Made by a program: the position numbers and the translations under genes. This document shows positions 16,148 through 26,171 of a DNA stretch of 39,705 nucleotides, in pieces. Location: positions 1-39,705 of the IMG/VR virus record IMGVR_UViG_3300020148_000034. One strand, given 5' to 3'. The stretch is from a virus. Lineage: Duplodnaviria; Caudoviricetes. Under the pieces are notes generated by a model. That model made no database searches. It worked only from the letters and a program-made list of their open reading frames with translations, and had not been told where the DNA came from. Every line of letters begins with the position of its first letter. Position 1 is the first letter of the stretch.

Positions 16148-19100
16148 CTATCGCTTCCGCCCGAGCAGATACTCCAGCGCACCCACATCCTCGCCGTCCA
16201 TCTTCCGCCAGCCCGCATCGATAATCCGGTTCGCCTGCGCCGCCGGGATGCGGGCAGTCACGCCGGCAAGGTTCACGAACGACTTGACCAGCGCGGCGTC
16301 GAACTCGCCCTGCGCTGCCTGCTTTGCCGGCTTCACCATGAGGTCGAGAAGCGAGGCGTATGTGCCGCCCGAAAACCCCTGATAGACCGACACCGCGTCT
16401 CGGATGCCAGGCAGGCCCGCCGCGAACGTGCCGACCATCTGGCCCCCGAGATACATGGCGAGATTTTCATCATCGCCATCATCATCACCGCCGAACAGGG
16501 CACTGCCCGCCGCACCGGCCAGAGCCATGACTGCCGCCTCACCTGCGAGCAGCAACGCCATATCGAACGCATAGGAGAAGGCGGCGCCGACTGTCACCTG
16601 CTCGGCGCGCAGCGTATTGGTGCGCTCGATCATCAGGTTCATCTTGGCGAAGAAATATGAGCCCAGAGTGGTGAACAGCGTCACGAACGCATTCTGCCGC
16701 ACGGTTGCCGACAGGGTGCCGCGCTCGATATTCGCGCGCTCGCTCCACAGGCCAGAGCCCTGGGTGCGGTTGATCGTCATATCGGCATATTGCGCGGCCT
16801 TGGCCTGGTCGCCATTAAACTGCGTCATGCCCTTGGAATAAGCCGCCATCCAGGTCGGAACGTCGACAAGGTAATATTGTGTGTAGAGCATCAGCGACAG
16901 CGAGGCCGGAACAGCATATCGATCCATGAAATCCCGAAACCGCGAGGCCGATGGCGAGGAGATATTCGTCTCGGCCACCATATCCATGAGGTCTTTCTGG
17001 AACACCTCGCGGCGCTCGCCCATAGTGCGGGATTTGGCGATCACATCATTGACCACGTTCACCGGGTCACGCGCATAAGCCATAATCGCGGAGGCCAGAT
17101 TTTTCTTGCCGACGACAACAGCCGATTGCGTCAGGCCAGTGGGCTGGAGCAGCGCAGTTCCTACATTAAAGGCCAGCCGCGACACCGTGAACCCCGAGCG
17201 CAACGTGCGCACGGCGCGGCTCATGAAATCCGAGGCGAACACCTGCCCCACAGCCACGTCCTTGAGCCAGAGCTTCAACGCCTCCTGCTGCTCCTGCATC
17301 CCTGCATCGAGCATGGCCGTCGAAACGCGCTGATCGTTCAGCAGGCGCCAAGTGTTCACGATGGCCTCGGAGAACGCCAGATCATGGATCACCTCATTGG
17401 TGTGCTGGGCAATCACGCCCACATCAAGCAGCAAAGATTGCTGCACATCCTTGACGCGGGTTTCCAGGTGCCCGTTTTTCGTTGCCGCCTTGGCATAGCT
17501 GCCCAGCTTCATCGACTGGATGATATCGGTGTCGCCGTTCAAAGATGGTGTCGAGGCGCCGCCTTGGTCGCTCGCATATTTGATCGGGTAGTATCCGCCG
17601 CGATAGGTGCCGTGCGGCGTCTCCACCGCAACCGCTTCGACCCATTCGGGCGAAACACCAGTGGTGCGTTTCTGCCGCTCATCGATCAGCGGGCGGAACG
17701 TGTCGAGATAATCCCACACCGACTGCACGAAATCCCAATCGCGCTTGTCGAGCAGCCCCTTGACGATATCGACCTCGGCCGGCGTCAGGTGCTGGCGGGC
17801 CTTCTTGTTCGTCAGCCGGTGCAGGTTACCCTCGTTTCCCATATTGAGGGCCATCGAGATCAGATTCCACTTCGAGAACGACCGCCCGCCCAGCGCCGGA
17901 ACTGCCTTGAGCACGGCCATTTCACGCTGCTCCTCCTGGCTATAGACCGAGTATAGCGCCTCGATATTCTTCGCCGCATCGACGCGCATGTCACGCTCGG
18001 TATAGGCCGCATTGTCGATATCGGATTTCAGCAGCTCATATACCGGACCAAGATCGGCCCGGCCGTCCATATGCCGGATCACGGTGGTGGCCGTGGTAAA
18101 GGTCGCCAGATACTGGTTCACCGCGCCCTTGGCCGATTTCTGCCAGCCAGCATCAACCCATGCCTTGGGCTTCACATCGATATTGTCGGTCAGCGCCGTG
18201 ACGATGGCATCGACCGCCGAATTGAACTCGCGCTCCTTCCCGGCAATCAACAGGCGCTGCCACCGGCGCCCGGTGCTTTCGAGATTTTTCAGCGTGTCCA
18301 CCACGCCGCGCAGATCGGCCACCGACAGGGTTTTATACGGCACCCGTGCCGCGTCGATCAGTACCTTGCGCGGGATGGCGATTTCGTTCTCGCGGCCCTG
18401 TTCCACCATGGTTTCCAGATACCGGTTCAAAGCACCGCGGCGATCCTCGACCCGACCGCTCAGTTTGCGGAAATCATACCGCTCGATAATCTCGGCAATA
18501 GCATCTAGGCTTTCGTTCGAGATCGTCTGTTTGCCGTCCTGGGCGCGCCGGCGCTGGATAGCCTTGGATAGCCGCTTTACCAGCCGCTCGGCCTTCTCGA
18601 CCTCATCCTGAATAGCCAGCGCCTCGGAATAAAGTGCATGGTTCAGCAGTTGCCGGCGCTTGGCCTCGATCAGCCGTGCGGCATCATCGTTGAACCGCTG
18701 TGTCGCCTGGTTGGCGCGCTCGACCGGCAGCGACAGGGTCGCAGCGCCGTCTCCTCCCCGCACCGCGCCACGCGCCTGCACCTCAACCCGACGCCGCGCC
18801 CGGTCCATCCACATCTGGTCCCGCGTCACCGTCGCAGCCAGCCGGGCAACCTCGGCAGCAGCTTTCCGCTCGGCGGCGAGGAACCGGCCGGAATTCAGAG
18901 CATCGCGCGTGCGCATCTGCGCCAGCGTGCGCCGGGCCATCTCTTTCGCATCCTTGGCCGTCAGCCCCCGGTCGGTGCCGGCGATCTCGTTCATCGCCTG
19001 CAATTCGGTCGCCAGCTCGCGTGCCCGGCTATCGGTGTGAACCGCCGCCATGGCCTCGCGCTCGACACTGCCGTCGCGCAGCACGTCGCCATGGCGCTCG

Positions 19101-22100
19101 CGCATCACCTTGTCGGTTTCGGCCTCGATAAATTCCTTGCGGTTGGGCGCGCGCTCCATGGCCTGCACCATGGCGTCACCCGACGAGAACCCGAACCAAC
19201 CAGCCGCATCGTCGGGATCAAGCCCACCCTCGACGGCATATACCGTGAACTTGCCGCGCGGCAGCGTGGCCAGAACGCCCTCGCCATAGCGCTCGACCAG
19301 CACATCTTTCGAGAACCGGATATCAGGCATGGCCTCGGGCTGTCCGTCGCCCAGCCAGCGCCGGTTGCCCATCCATTCCATGGCACGATAAACCGGCTGG
19401 GCATTGGTGTTGCGCTCGACCTCCTCACGGACCTTGGCGCGCTCATCCTTGAACCATTTTTCCTTGGCTCGCCGGATTGGCGCCATGGTTTCGGCCAACA
19501 GCTTGCCGGCGGCATCGGCCTTCGCCTGGTCGCGCAGCCGCAGGAAATTCTCGAACTGCTCAGCCGTCATGCCGAGATCGGCAGCGGTCAGTGATACGTC
19601 AGCCCCGATATCGGTGCGCGCCTCCTGAATTTCGGCATCGGTCGCCAGCATGCGGTCGAACACGCCGCGCAGCTCGTCGCTGACATTGACGTTGAGACCG
19701 CGCATCGTGCGGTAGATCGACACCAGCCACGCCCGGAATTTCTCAAACGCCTGCCGCAACGATGGCGAAGGCGCCTTGCCCTCCATGAAATAATGCTCGG
19801 CGGCGCGGGCAAACTGCTCCTGCATGCCGGTATCGATGGCGGCGTCCCTCTCCAGAGAGCCGCTGGTGCCGTTCTCGATGGCCGCGCGCACATCGTCAGC
19901 GGTCACATCGTTACCGGCGTCGCGCGCCACCGCGTCGGCATTCTGGTACCACCAGTCCTTGACGGTCTGGAATTCCCGCGCCATCGGCCCCTCGGGATCG
20001 AGCGCAGCGGCATCCCGGAGAACGGTCAGGAAATAGTGCCCGCTCTCATGCAGGAATGTGCTGAGGTCCGCACGCTGGAACAGCGACACCATTGTTTCGC
20101 CGCCAGCCACGCCCACGCCGGGAAACTGGATGGATCCGCGCCCGCCGCCGGGGAAACCAGCATCGGCTTGAAACAGCGGCATCGAGCCCGGCTGCATTTT
20201 GTTGAAAACAGCCACCGCATCGGCTACAGTAATGTCGCGCCCAGACGTGGCCCCGGCGCCCTCTATGACCCTGCCGTCACTGGTAGCCGTAGAAATAGGG
20301 GCCACATCTACCCCCTCAATCTGATGCAGCTTCCCCACGCCAACGTCGCGGGTCACGCGGTTGACGGCAAATCGCACGGCAATGGCCTTGCCGTCCAGAT
20401 TGAGCGATGCGACCGAATAGGAAAAATCGCCCTGTTCAGCGTAGTTGACGGACGCTCGGAACAGATCGGCCATGTGCGGCGCAAGAGAACGTTTCATCGC
20501 ATTGGCGTTGGCCGAATACCATTTGCGAGCCGACCTCTTGGTGATCTCGACACGCTCTCCGCTGACATTGCTGACCTCGCCCAGCGGCACCAGATCGCGC
20601 GCCTGGGCGTGAGTTTCGACCGGCGCCAGGCTGGATAGCTCCACCGGCTCCAGCAGCACATCAGCGTTCATGCTGGGCGGGATGACACGCCCGCCGCGAT
20701 CTATATCGCTCTGCCTATACCGCCGACCAGCACCTGGTTCGCGGATCATGGCCTCGCGCGTGCCAAAGTCCTTGTTGCGCCCCTTGTTTTCGACAAACCC
20801 CAACCGCGTGTAGAATTCGCGCAGGCGGGACACTGTACCGCCAAAATCGCCCGATGGGGTCAAAGCGATCTGCTTGCCGACAGCATCGGCATATTCGGCC
20901 AGTGCCCGCATGACGCGAGAACCAGAACCCTCGCCTCGCTTGCTGGCGACAATCCTGCTCACCGTGATCCGTTCGGCGGTTTCAGACACATCGAGCGTTA
21001 CGCCGGCTTCGGCGGCAATAGCATGAACCTCGGCCATCGACGCGACAGCGCTCTGCCCATACTCCCGGCCCTGCTCCAACGCTGCCCGAATATCGGCATC
21101 GGCATCGTCCAGCGACAAACCGAGGCCCGCGAGATATTCCTCGATACTCGCCAGCCCATCATCCACCTCGACCACCGCAGGTCCGGCATATTCCGCCTCA
21201 CCCCGCAATTCACGGTCAATGGCATCCAGCAGCGCCCGGCCAATATCGGGCACCTCGCGGCCCTCTGCCATCGCTGCCTGATATTCCAGCGCCACCGGAT
21301 CGTCGGCCAGATAGCCCGCCTCAATCGCGGCGCGCGCCACGTCATCGAAACCATGGCCCTTCCCGCCGTTGAGACCGAACATGTCGCCGGCAGCGCGCAT
21401 CCCGGCCCGCTCCAGTTTCAGGGTTTTCTTGCCCCGCCCGCGCCGGATCACCGCAGCGTCACGCGCGCGCAATTCGCCGCCCGGATCGAGAATGCCGCCG
21501 TAGTCCGAGATAAATTCGAGGATCGTCGGACCACGCTTCTCCAGCCCGACAGCGCGCCGGGCCCGTGCCTCGGCCAGCGTGCGGGTCAGCGCGTCGACAT
21601 TCTTCGGGTCCAGCCCTTCCGGCCGCTCACCCTGAACCTGGGGCAGCGGATACCGCGCCGCGAACTCCTCCGGCGTCAGGCCCATGCGCTCCGCCATGAC
21701 GCGGCGGAATTCCACCATGGGCAGCGCCTCGGCCGTCGCCACATCGGTGGCGCGGCCCGCCGACCGCAGCCGGCCGATCAATTCGTCGCGCTCCTGGTCG
21801 TAGATCGCGCGCAATTCCTCCGCCTCGGCGCGGATCGCCTCGGCCTCGTCCCAAGCCTCCTGCAAGGCATCCTGCGCTCGCGCATTGAATTCCGCCGCTT
21901 CGGTCGCCGTCATCGCGTCGGGCGAGAACACGGAATTTTCGATGATGAATTGGTCATGCGCGGAGCCGGCCATATCCGCCGCCCAGGTGGCGGTCGGGAT
22001 TTTCACATGCCCGCCTATCTCGAATGCCGCCTGCACCTCGGCGCGCGACATGCCGGTGAGATGGTCGGCAAGCTCGAACGGATCGAGCCCCTGGCTCTGG

Positions 22101-23575
22101 AAATATTGGACGAACTGCTCAGCCGGCACGAACAGGTTTTCGGCCCCGGTATTCTGCGTGGCGGCGCGCAGATAGTCGCGGAACGCATCGGGCATGCGGT
22201 TGCGCACCGGATCGGCGGCGGCGCGCTGGGCCATTTCCGTCATGGTCTGCACATGCTGCTCGGCAGCAGGAGCCCGCTCCATAGCCTCGCGTACCCGAGA
22301 CGCGGCCATACCGCCGACCTCGATGGGCGCGGTGACAAACTCGGCCAGACCCTCGATCAGCACGTCCGAGATATTGAACTGCTGCCCGCTGGCCATCTGC
22401 CCGCCCGCCTCGCCACCGGCTCCGAACGCCGCCTGCACGACAGATTGCAGCACCATATTCAGCGCGGGGTTGTTCGCCAGCGTCTCGCCAGCCACGCCGC
22501 CGCTGATCGTGTCCAGCGCGCCAATAATAAGGCCCCGGATTTCGCCGCGCGCCGCCGCATCGCCCATCAGGTCCGCATCGGTGATTGCCGCCAGCGCACC
22601 CTCGGGCGTCGAAATATCAATGCCGCGCTCGGCCATGAACTCGGACGGCGCCAGATAGCGCTCCTGGAGATAGGAGCCGCCGCCCAGAGCCCCAGCGAAG
22701 GCGCTGGGATTTCTGGTGACCGCGCCCACCCCGAAAGCTGCCGCCAGCGATGGCGCCGTTTCCGCCGCCGTCTCAGCAAGGAATGCAACAAAACCCGCCG
22801 GATCCGTGGCGATCACACCCATGAAATTCGTCAGGTCGGCGCCGATGTCCCCGCTCGGCTCCAGCGCACCGATCAGCCCTCGGATTTTCTCAGCGCCTGG
22901 CGACATAGGCGTGGCAGCGATCTTGTCCGCGATCAAGCCAACTTGCTGCTGGTAATAGGCCGCTGCCTGCTGCTGGTCGCCACCGAACATTTCGCTGAGC
23001 CGGGCCGACAGCATGCGCGACCCTGCGCTCCACAAGTCCGTGATCGGGCCGATGGCATTGTCGATTATCTGGCCGGCAGGCCCGACAGTGCCGCGCTCTT
23101 CGGCATAGATGTCGCCAAAGGACCGACCTGCGTCACCCGCGCGCTGCGCCGCCCCCTCGGCCATCCACTGGTTATAGGCCTGCGCCACTCGCATGCCGCC
23201 GCGCTCGATTACCGCGTTCCCGGTTGCCCGCGACAGCGTTTCCCACCAGCCCAGGCCTTCCAGATTATCACGGGCGAGCGCCGCGTTGTCGGGAACGCGC
23301 AGCCATTCAGCCAGGCGCGGAGATTGCGTCAGCACAGTAGAGCGCTTTTTCTCAGCCACGATCTGGTCAAAAACCGAACGCGTTCCCTGATCCTGCACCA
23401 AAGACACCGGCACCGGATTGCCCAGGATCGACCCGGCCTCGCGGGCCAAATTCATGTCAGCGGCAAACTGGTCAGGCTCGGATGGGAACGGCTGATCGAG
23501 GACGATATTAGCCTTGCCGGCGTCGTTCTGTTGCTTGCCAGCCTTCCAGGCTTCATATTCCGCGATAGTGGGCAC
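16148..23575 (-). CDS. Large internal virion/ejection protein (large polyvalent protein type) with GNAT, nuclease-like and HExxH modules
   Basis: 2475 aa; GTG start with GAGG RBS; RGEGSGS...FYTRLGF GNAT motifs; ADLSTFLHESGH...EQFA zincin motif; occupies the T7 gp16-equivalent position. Confidence 0.85.
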   Translation of the reverse strand: MPTIAEYEAWKAGKQQNDAGKANIVLDQPFPSEPDQFAADMNLAREAGSILGNPVPVSLVQDQGTRSVFDQIVAEKKRSTVLTQSPRLAEWLRVPDNAALARDNLEGLGWWETLSRATGNAVIERGGMRVAQAYNQWMAEGAAQRAGDAGRSFGDIYAEERGTVGPAGQIIDNAIGPITDLWSAGSRMLSARLSEMFGGDQQQAAAYYQQQVGLIADKIAATPMSPGAEKIRGLIGALEPSGDIGADLTNFMGVIATDPAGFVAFLAETAAETAPSLAAAFGVGAVTRNPSAFAGALGGGSYLQERYLAPSEFMAERGIDISTPEGALAAITDADLMGDAAARGEIRGLIIGALDTISGGVAGETLANNPALNMVLQSVVQAAFGAGGEAGGQMASGQQFNISDVLIEGLAEFVTAPIEVGGMAASRVREAMERAPAAEQHVQTMTEMAQRAAADPVRNRMPDAFRDYLRAATQNTGAENLFVPAEQFVQYFQSQGLDPFELADHLTGMSRAEVQAAFEIGGHVKIPTATWAADMAGSAHDQFIIENSVFSPDAMTATEAAEFNARAQDALQEAWDEAEAIRAEAEELRAIYDQERDELIGRLRSAGRATDVATAEALPMVEFRRVMAERMGLTPEEFAARYPLPQVQGERPEGLDPKNVDALTRTLAEARARRAVGLEKRGPTILEFISDYGGILDPGGELRARDAAVIRRGRGKKTLKLERAGMRAAGDMFGLNGGKGHGFDDVARAAIEAGYLADDPVALEYQAAMAEGREVPDIGRALLDAIDRELRGEAEYAGPAVVEVDDGLASIEEYLAGLGLSLDDADADIRAALEQGREYGQSAVASMAEVHAIAAEAGVTLDVSETAERITVSRIVASKRGEGSGSRVMRALAEYADAVGKQIALTPSGDFGGTVSRLREFYTRLGFVENKGRNKDFGTREAMIREPGAGRRYRQSDIDRGGRVIPPSMNADVLLEPVELSSLAPVETHAQARDLVPLGEVSNVSGERVEITKRSARKWYSANANAMKRSLAPHMADLFRASVNYAEQGDFSYSVASLNLDGKAIAVRFAVNRVTRDVGVGKLHQIEGVDVAPISTATSDGRVIEGAGATSGRDITVADAVAVFNKMQPGSMPLFQADAGFPGGGRGSIQFPGVGVAGGETMVSLFQRADLSTFLHESGHYFLTVLRDAAALDPEGPMAREFQTVKDWWYQNADAVARDAGNDVTADDVRAAIENGTSGSLERDAAIDTGMQEQFARAAEHYFMEGKAPSPSLRQAFEKFRAWLVSIYRTMRGLNVNVSDELRGVFDRMLATDAEIQEARTDIGADVSLTAADLGMTAEQFENFLRLRDQAKADAAGKLLAETMAPIRRAKEKWFKDERAKVREEVERNTNAQPVYRAMEWMGNRRWLGDGQPEAMPDIRFSKDVLVERYGEGVLATLPRGKFTVYAVEGGLDPDDAAGWFGFSSGDAMVQAMERAPNRKEFIEAETDKVMRERHGDVLRDGSVEREAMAAVHTDSRARELATELQAMNEIAGTDRGLTAKDAKEMARRTLAQMRTRDALNSGRFLAAERKAAAEVARLAATVTRDQMWMDRARRRVEVQARGAVRGGDGAATLSLPVERANQATQRFNDDAARLIEAKRRQLLNHALYSEALAIQDEVEKAERLVKRLSKAIQRRRAQDGKQTISNESLDAIAEIIERYDFRKLSGRVEDRRGALNRYLETMVEQGRENEIAIPRKVLIDAARVPYKTLSVADLRGVVDTLKNLESTGRRWQRLLIAGKEREFNSAVDAIVTALTDNIDVKPKAWVDAGWQKSAKGAVNQYLATFTTATTVIRHMDGRADLGPVYELLKSDIDNAAYTERDMRVDAAKNIEALYSVYSQEEQREMAVLKAVPALGGRSFSKWNLISMALNMGNEGNLHRLTNKKARQHLTPAEVDIVKGLLDKRDWDFVQSVWDYLDTFRPLIDERQKRTTGVSPEWVEAVAVETPHGTYRGGYYPIKYASDQGGASTPSLNGDTDIIQSMKLGSYAKAATKNGHLETRVKDVQQSLLLDVGVIAQHTNEVIHDLAFSEAIVNTWRLLNDQRVSTAMLDAGMQEQQEALKLWLKDVAVGQVFASDFMSRAVRTLRSGFTVSRLAFNVGTALLQPTGLTQSAVVVGKKNLASAIMAYARDPVNVVNDVIAKSRTMGERREVFQKDLMDMVAETNISSPSASRFRDFMDRYAVPASLSLMLYTQYYLVDVPTWMAAYSKGMTQFNGDQAKAAQYADMTINRTQGSGLWSERANIERGTLSATVRQNAFVTLFTTLGSYFFAKMNLMIERTNTLRAEQVTVGAAFSYAFDMALLLAGEAAVMALAGAAGSALFGGDDDGDDENLAMYLGGQMVGTFAAGLPGIRDAVSVYQGFSGGTYASLLDLMVKPAKQAAQGEFDAALVKSFVNLAGVTARIPAAQANRIIDAGWRKMDGEDVGALEYLLGRKR

Positions 23576-23631
23576 CGCTCGACCTCATAGAAAATTCCAT
23601 GCGGCGAGGATGGCCTGTAACGGTTGGCACA

Positions 23632-23778
23632 ATGAAATGGCTGCTCAGAGAGGTCGAACTGCACCCATCCGCGACGCGAACTACCATCGCGCTGTGGAAG
23701 CTAATCGCTTTATGGGTAACGGTGCTCGGCCTGCCTTATCTGGCCATCAAGATAATCGTGGCCCTCAAAGGAGGATGA
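23632..23778 (+). CDS. 48-aa single-TM protein (not in the ORF track)
   Basis: MKWLLREVELHPSATRTTIALWKLIALWVTVLGLPYLAIKIIVALKGG*; alternative in-frame ATG at 23599. Confidence 0.55.
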   Translation: MKWLLREVELHPSATRTTIALWKLIALWVTVLGLPYLAIKIIVALKGG

Positions 23779-23779
23779 C

Positions 23780-23902
23780 ATGACCGAACAAAAATCCGGC
23801 GTGGCCATGGCCGCGAAATGGACCCTTTATGTGTTTCTTGGCCCGATCATCGCCGGGGCCCTACTGGCCTTCGGCGTATGGATTTGGACCTTACTGACCT
23901 AG
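23780..23902 (+). CDS. 40-aa single-TM protein (not in the ORF track)
   Basis: AAGGAGG RBS; MTEQKSGVAMAAKWTLYVFLGPIIAGALLAFGVWIWTLLT*. Confidence 0.7.
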   Translation: MTEQKSGVAMAAKWTLYVFLGPIIAGALLAFGVWIWTLLT

Positions 23903-26149
23903 CAGGAACTCCTCATACTGATCGACCACCTCTTGCTCGGTCGGCTCACGGCCAAGCTCTGCCGCCAGATCGGCGCGGATCGCCGCACGCATATCGATCG
24001 GCACGTCCTGGTAGTCGAGGGCCACCTCGACCGTTGCCCCATCCGGGCGCGTTCCCGCCTGGAATAGAAACCCTTCGCTCTGTCCGCTGCTGAACAGGTT
24101 TGCAAGTCCAGCCAGCGGATTGGGGATGATCCCGGCGCCTTCGATGCGCTTAGGCTGTCCAATCACTACCGGGAGTAGCAAGCGGTTAATCAGCGCCTGC
24201 ACCTCGGTCGGTGTGGGGTTTCGCCCATCATTGGCAGCGCGCAACGCCTCGATCTCTTGGGAGAGAACTTCCTGAAATTGGGCAATTTGCTTCGCCGCTT
24301 CAATCCGCTCATTCCCGGTTTTCCCGGCAACCGTAATGCCAGCCGCCTCTAGCGCCGTGTTGGCCGACGAGAACGCCGATTTCAGCGCCGTCCCTTCCTC
24401 ACGCGCCTTCCGCTGGTCGGTGAGCGCGGTCTGCCGCCACCCATTCACCTTCTCCCAATCGCTGTCGGAGAGCCGGCCCCGATAGGGTAGCAGATCGACC
24501 TCAGAGAATTTCTCCGGGTCGGACGCATAGGCCGTTTGCATCGAATAAAGCAATTCGGTGTCGGTTTCGATTTTCTCGCCGGCCGACACCTTGTCCCAAT
24601 AACTCATCAGGTTCGACATGCCTTCGCGGCCGATCATCGCCTGCACCTCGGGAGAGAACGAGTAGGGCGACACATTTTGCGTCAGCATCTCGGAATAAGC
24701 CGCCTCGACCACAGATTTCCGGGTGGCCTCCTCGTCCTTGGCCGCTGCGTTCATGCGTGAGGTGATAGCTGACCGAGCAACTTCACGCGCCTTCGGATCC
24801 TTGATCCCGGCCAGATAGTTTTCCATATCGGTCCAACTTGGCATCTGGGCCCGCTGGGTGGTGATGCCAGTGGCGGCAACCGCCGTAGAACCCCGCGCAT
24901 TCACCGGCTCGATATGCCAGTTCTCCCACTCCATGGGGAAAGCCAGACCATATTTCCCGGCATTTGCATGCACCCACTCGATCACCTCGGGCGGGGCATG
25001 CTTCAAGGATTTGCCATTATAAGACAAGTCCACCGCCTGCCCATGATTGTGCATCGACCGACCGGGAGGTGCGACCCATTTCCGGGCTTCGGCCTCTGAC
25101 CCATACTTCTGTACCGCCGCGTCCCACAATTCCTGCTGACGCTCGACCGACCGGGCGCCAGACAGAATGCCAAGCCCCTCGAATGGGGCGTCTTCAAAGA
25201 GCGCCGCAAGATTATTGACGAATGCGCCATCGAGCCCGGTCACGTCTTCCGTGCGGCCGGGAACAACAAGCCGTTCGATCAACGCCGTCCGTGCCCGCGT
25301 CGGGCCCTGGCCCTGGTTAGGCCGGCCCGGATCACGGTGGTGGGTGTCAAAGAAATCCGCCGCGGCGCTCATCCCCTGCGCATTGGCAAGCGGCACCTCC
25401 AAGGCCTCATCCAGTTTGAACTGGTGTTCTCCAGTGAGCTGGTCGCGGTATTGGTCGATATAAGCTTTCGCAGCCAAAGGATCGTCGGCCATCATCCGCA
25501 GCGCCACATCATGACGCACGTCCGAAATATATTTCCGCTCCTCCTGCGCCAATCGATCCGCGTCCCATCCAAGAAGCGCCGCCTGTTGGCGTAGTTCCGC
25601 CTGCCCCGCCGCAATATTGAAATCGACCTTCGCCGGCGTCTGCCACGCGGCAAGCGCATCGGATTTGAAGGTTTCCTTCCGCGCCTCGCTGGCATCATTG
25701 ACCCACACTTTGCGCTGCTGAGCTTGATGCACAACCACGCTATCCAGGGTGGAATTTACGCGTGCCGTGGATGCCTGGTTATAAGCCTGTGCAGCGCCAG
25801 GCCGGAGCCCCTCACCAAAAGCCATTCGCTTTTCAGCAAGTTCCCGCTCGAAGGCAACACGTCCATCGACTGCCGCCTTCCCGCTCAATGTCATATAACC
25901 GCCTTCCCCCCACTGCCGCTCCCGAACCCATGCCGCAAGCTGGTTGTCTCGCTCCTTCGCTTCCGCAATATCCTCAAGCTGCTGTAACTCAGCCAATACG
26001 TTGCCCGCCTGCTGCACCCCCTGCCCAAGCTGCTGCATGCCCCGGCCGATCTGCGCGCCAAAATCCTCCCCGCTGGCACGCACTGTAAGCGGCTGCTGGT
26101 AAATGGGCCGCTCGGCAACGGAAGGCGTATAGGTAGGAACACGGGCCAT
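23891..26149 (-). CDS. Internal virion protein with peptidase M15 (VanY-like) domain
   Basis: ATG 26149 (MARVPTY); SGARSVERQ...APPGRSMHNHGQAVD...YGL...ENWHIE (SxHxxGxAxD and ExWH motifs). Confidence 0.85.
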   Translation of the reverse strand: MARVPTYTPSVAERPIYQQPLTVRASGEDFGAQIGRGMQQLGQGVQQAGNVLAELQQLEDIAEAKERDNQLAAWVRERQWGEGGYMTLSGKAAVDGRVAFERELAEKRMAFGEGLRPGAAQAYNQASTARVNSTLDSVVVHQAQQRKVWVNDASEARKETFKSDALAAWQTPAKVDFNIAAGQAELRQQAALLGWDADRLAQEERKYISDVRHDVALRMMADDPLAAKAYIDQYRDQLTGEHQFKLDEALEVPLANAQGMSAAADFFDTHHRDPGRPNQGQGPTRARTALIERLVVPGRTEDVTGLDGAFVNNLAALFEDAPFEGLGILSGARSVERQQELWDAAVQKYGSEAEARKWVAPPGRSMHNHGQAVDLSYNGKSLKHAPPEVIEWVHANAGKYGLAFPMEWENWHIEPVNARGSTAVAATGITTQRAQMPSWTDMENYLAGIKDPKAREVARSAITSRMNAAAKDEEATRKSVVEAAYSEMLTQNVSPYSFSPEVQAMIGREGMSNLMSYWDKVSAGEKIETDTELLYSMQTAYASDPEKFSEVDLLPYRGRLSDSDWEKVNGWRQTALTDQRKAREEGTALKSAFSSANTALEAAGITVAGKTGNERIEAAKQIAQFQEVLSQEIEALRAANDGRNPTPTEVQALINRLLLPVVIGQPKRIEGAGIIPNPLAGLANLFSSGQSEGFLFQAGTRPDGATVEVALDYQDVPIDMRAAIRADLAAELGREPTEQEVVDQYEEFLLGQ

Positions 26150-26171
26150 CAAAGCACCTATCGAAACGGGG

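Noticed and set aside
21023-23590. 855-aa plus-strand ORF
   Set aside because: Antisense shadow of the GC3-rich ejection-protein gene; Arg/His-rich with no motifs. The same applies to 14427..15758, 27538..28752, 36827..37996 and 8947..10107.
23514-23783. 89-aa plus-strand ORF from the ORF track
   Set aside because: It overlaps the ejection-protein start and has no features. The 48-aa TM ORF in another frame explains the region better.
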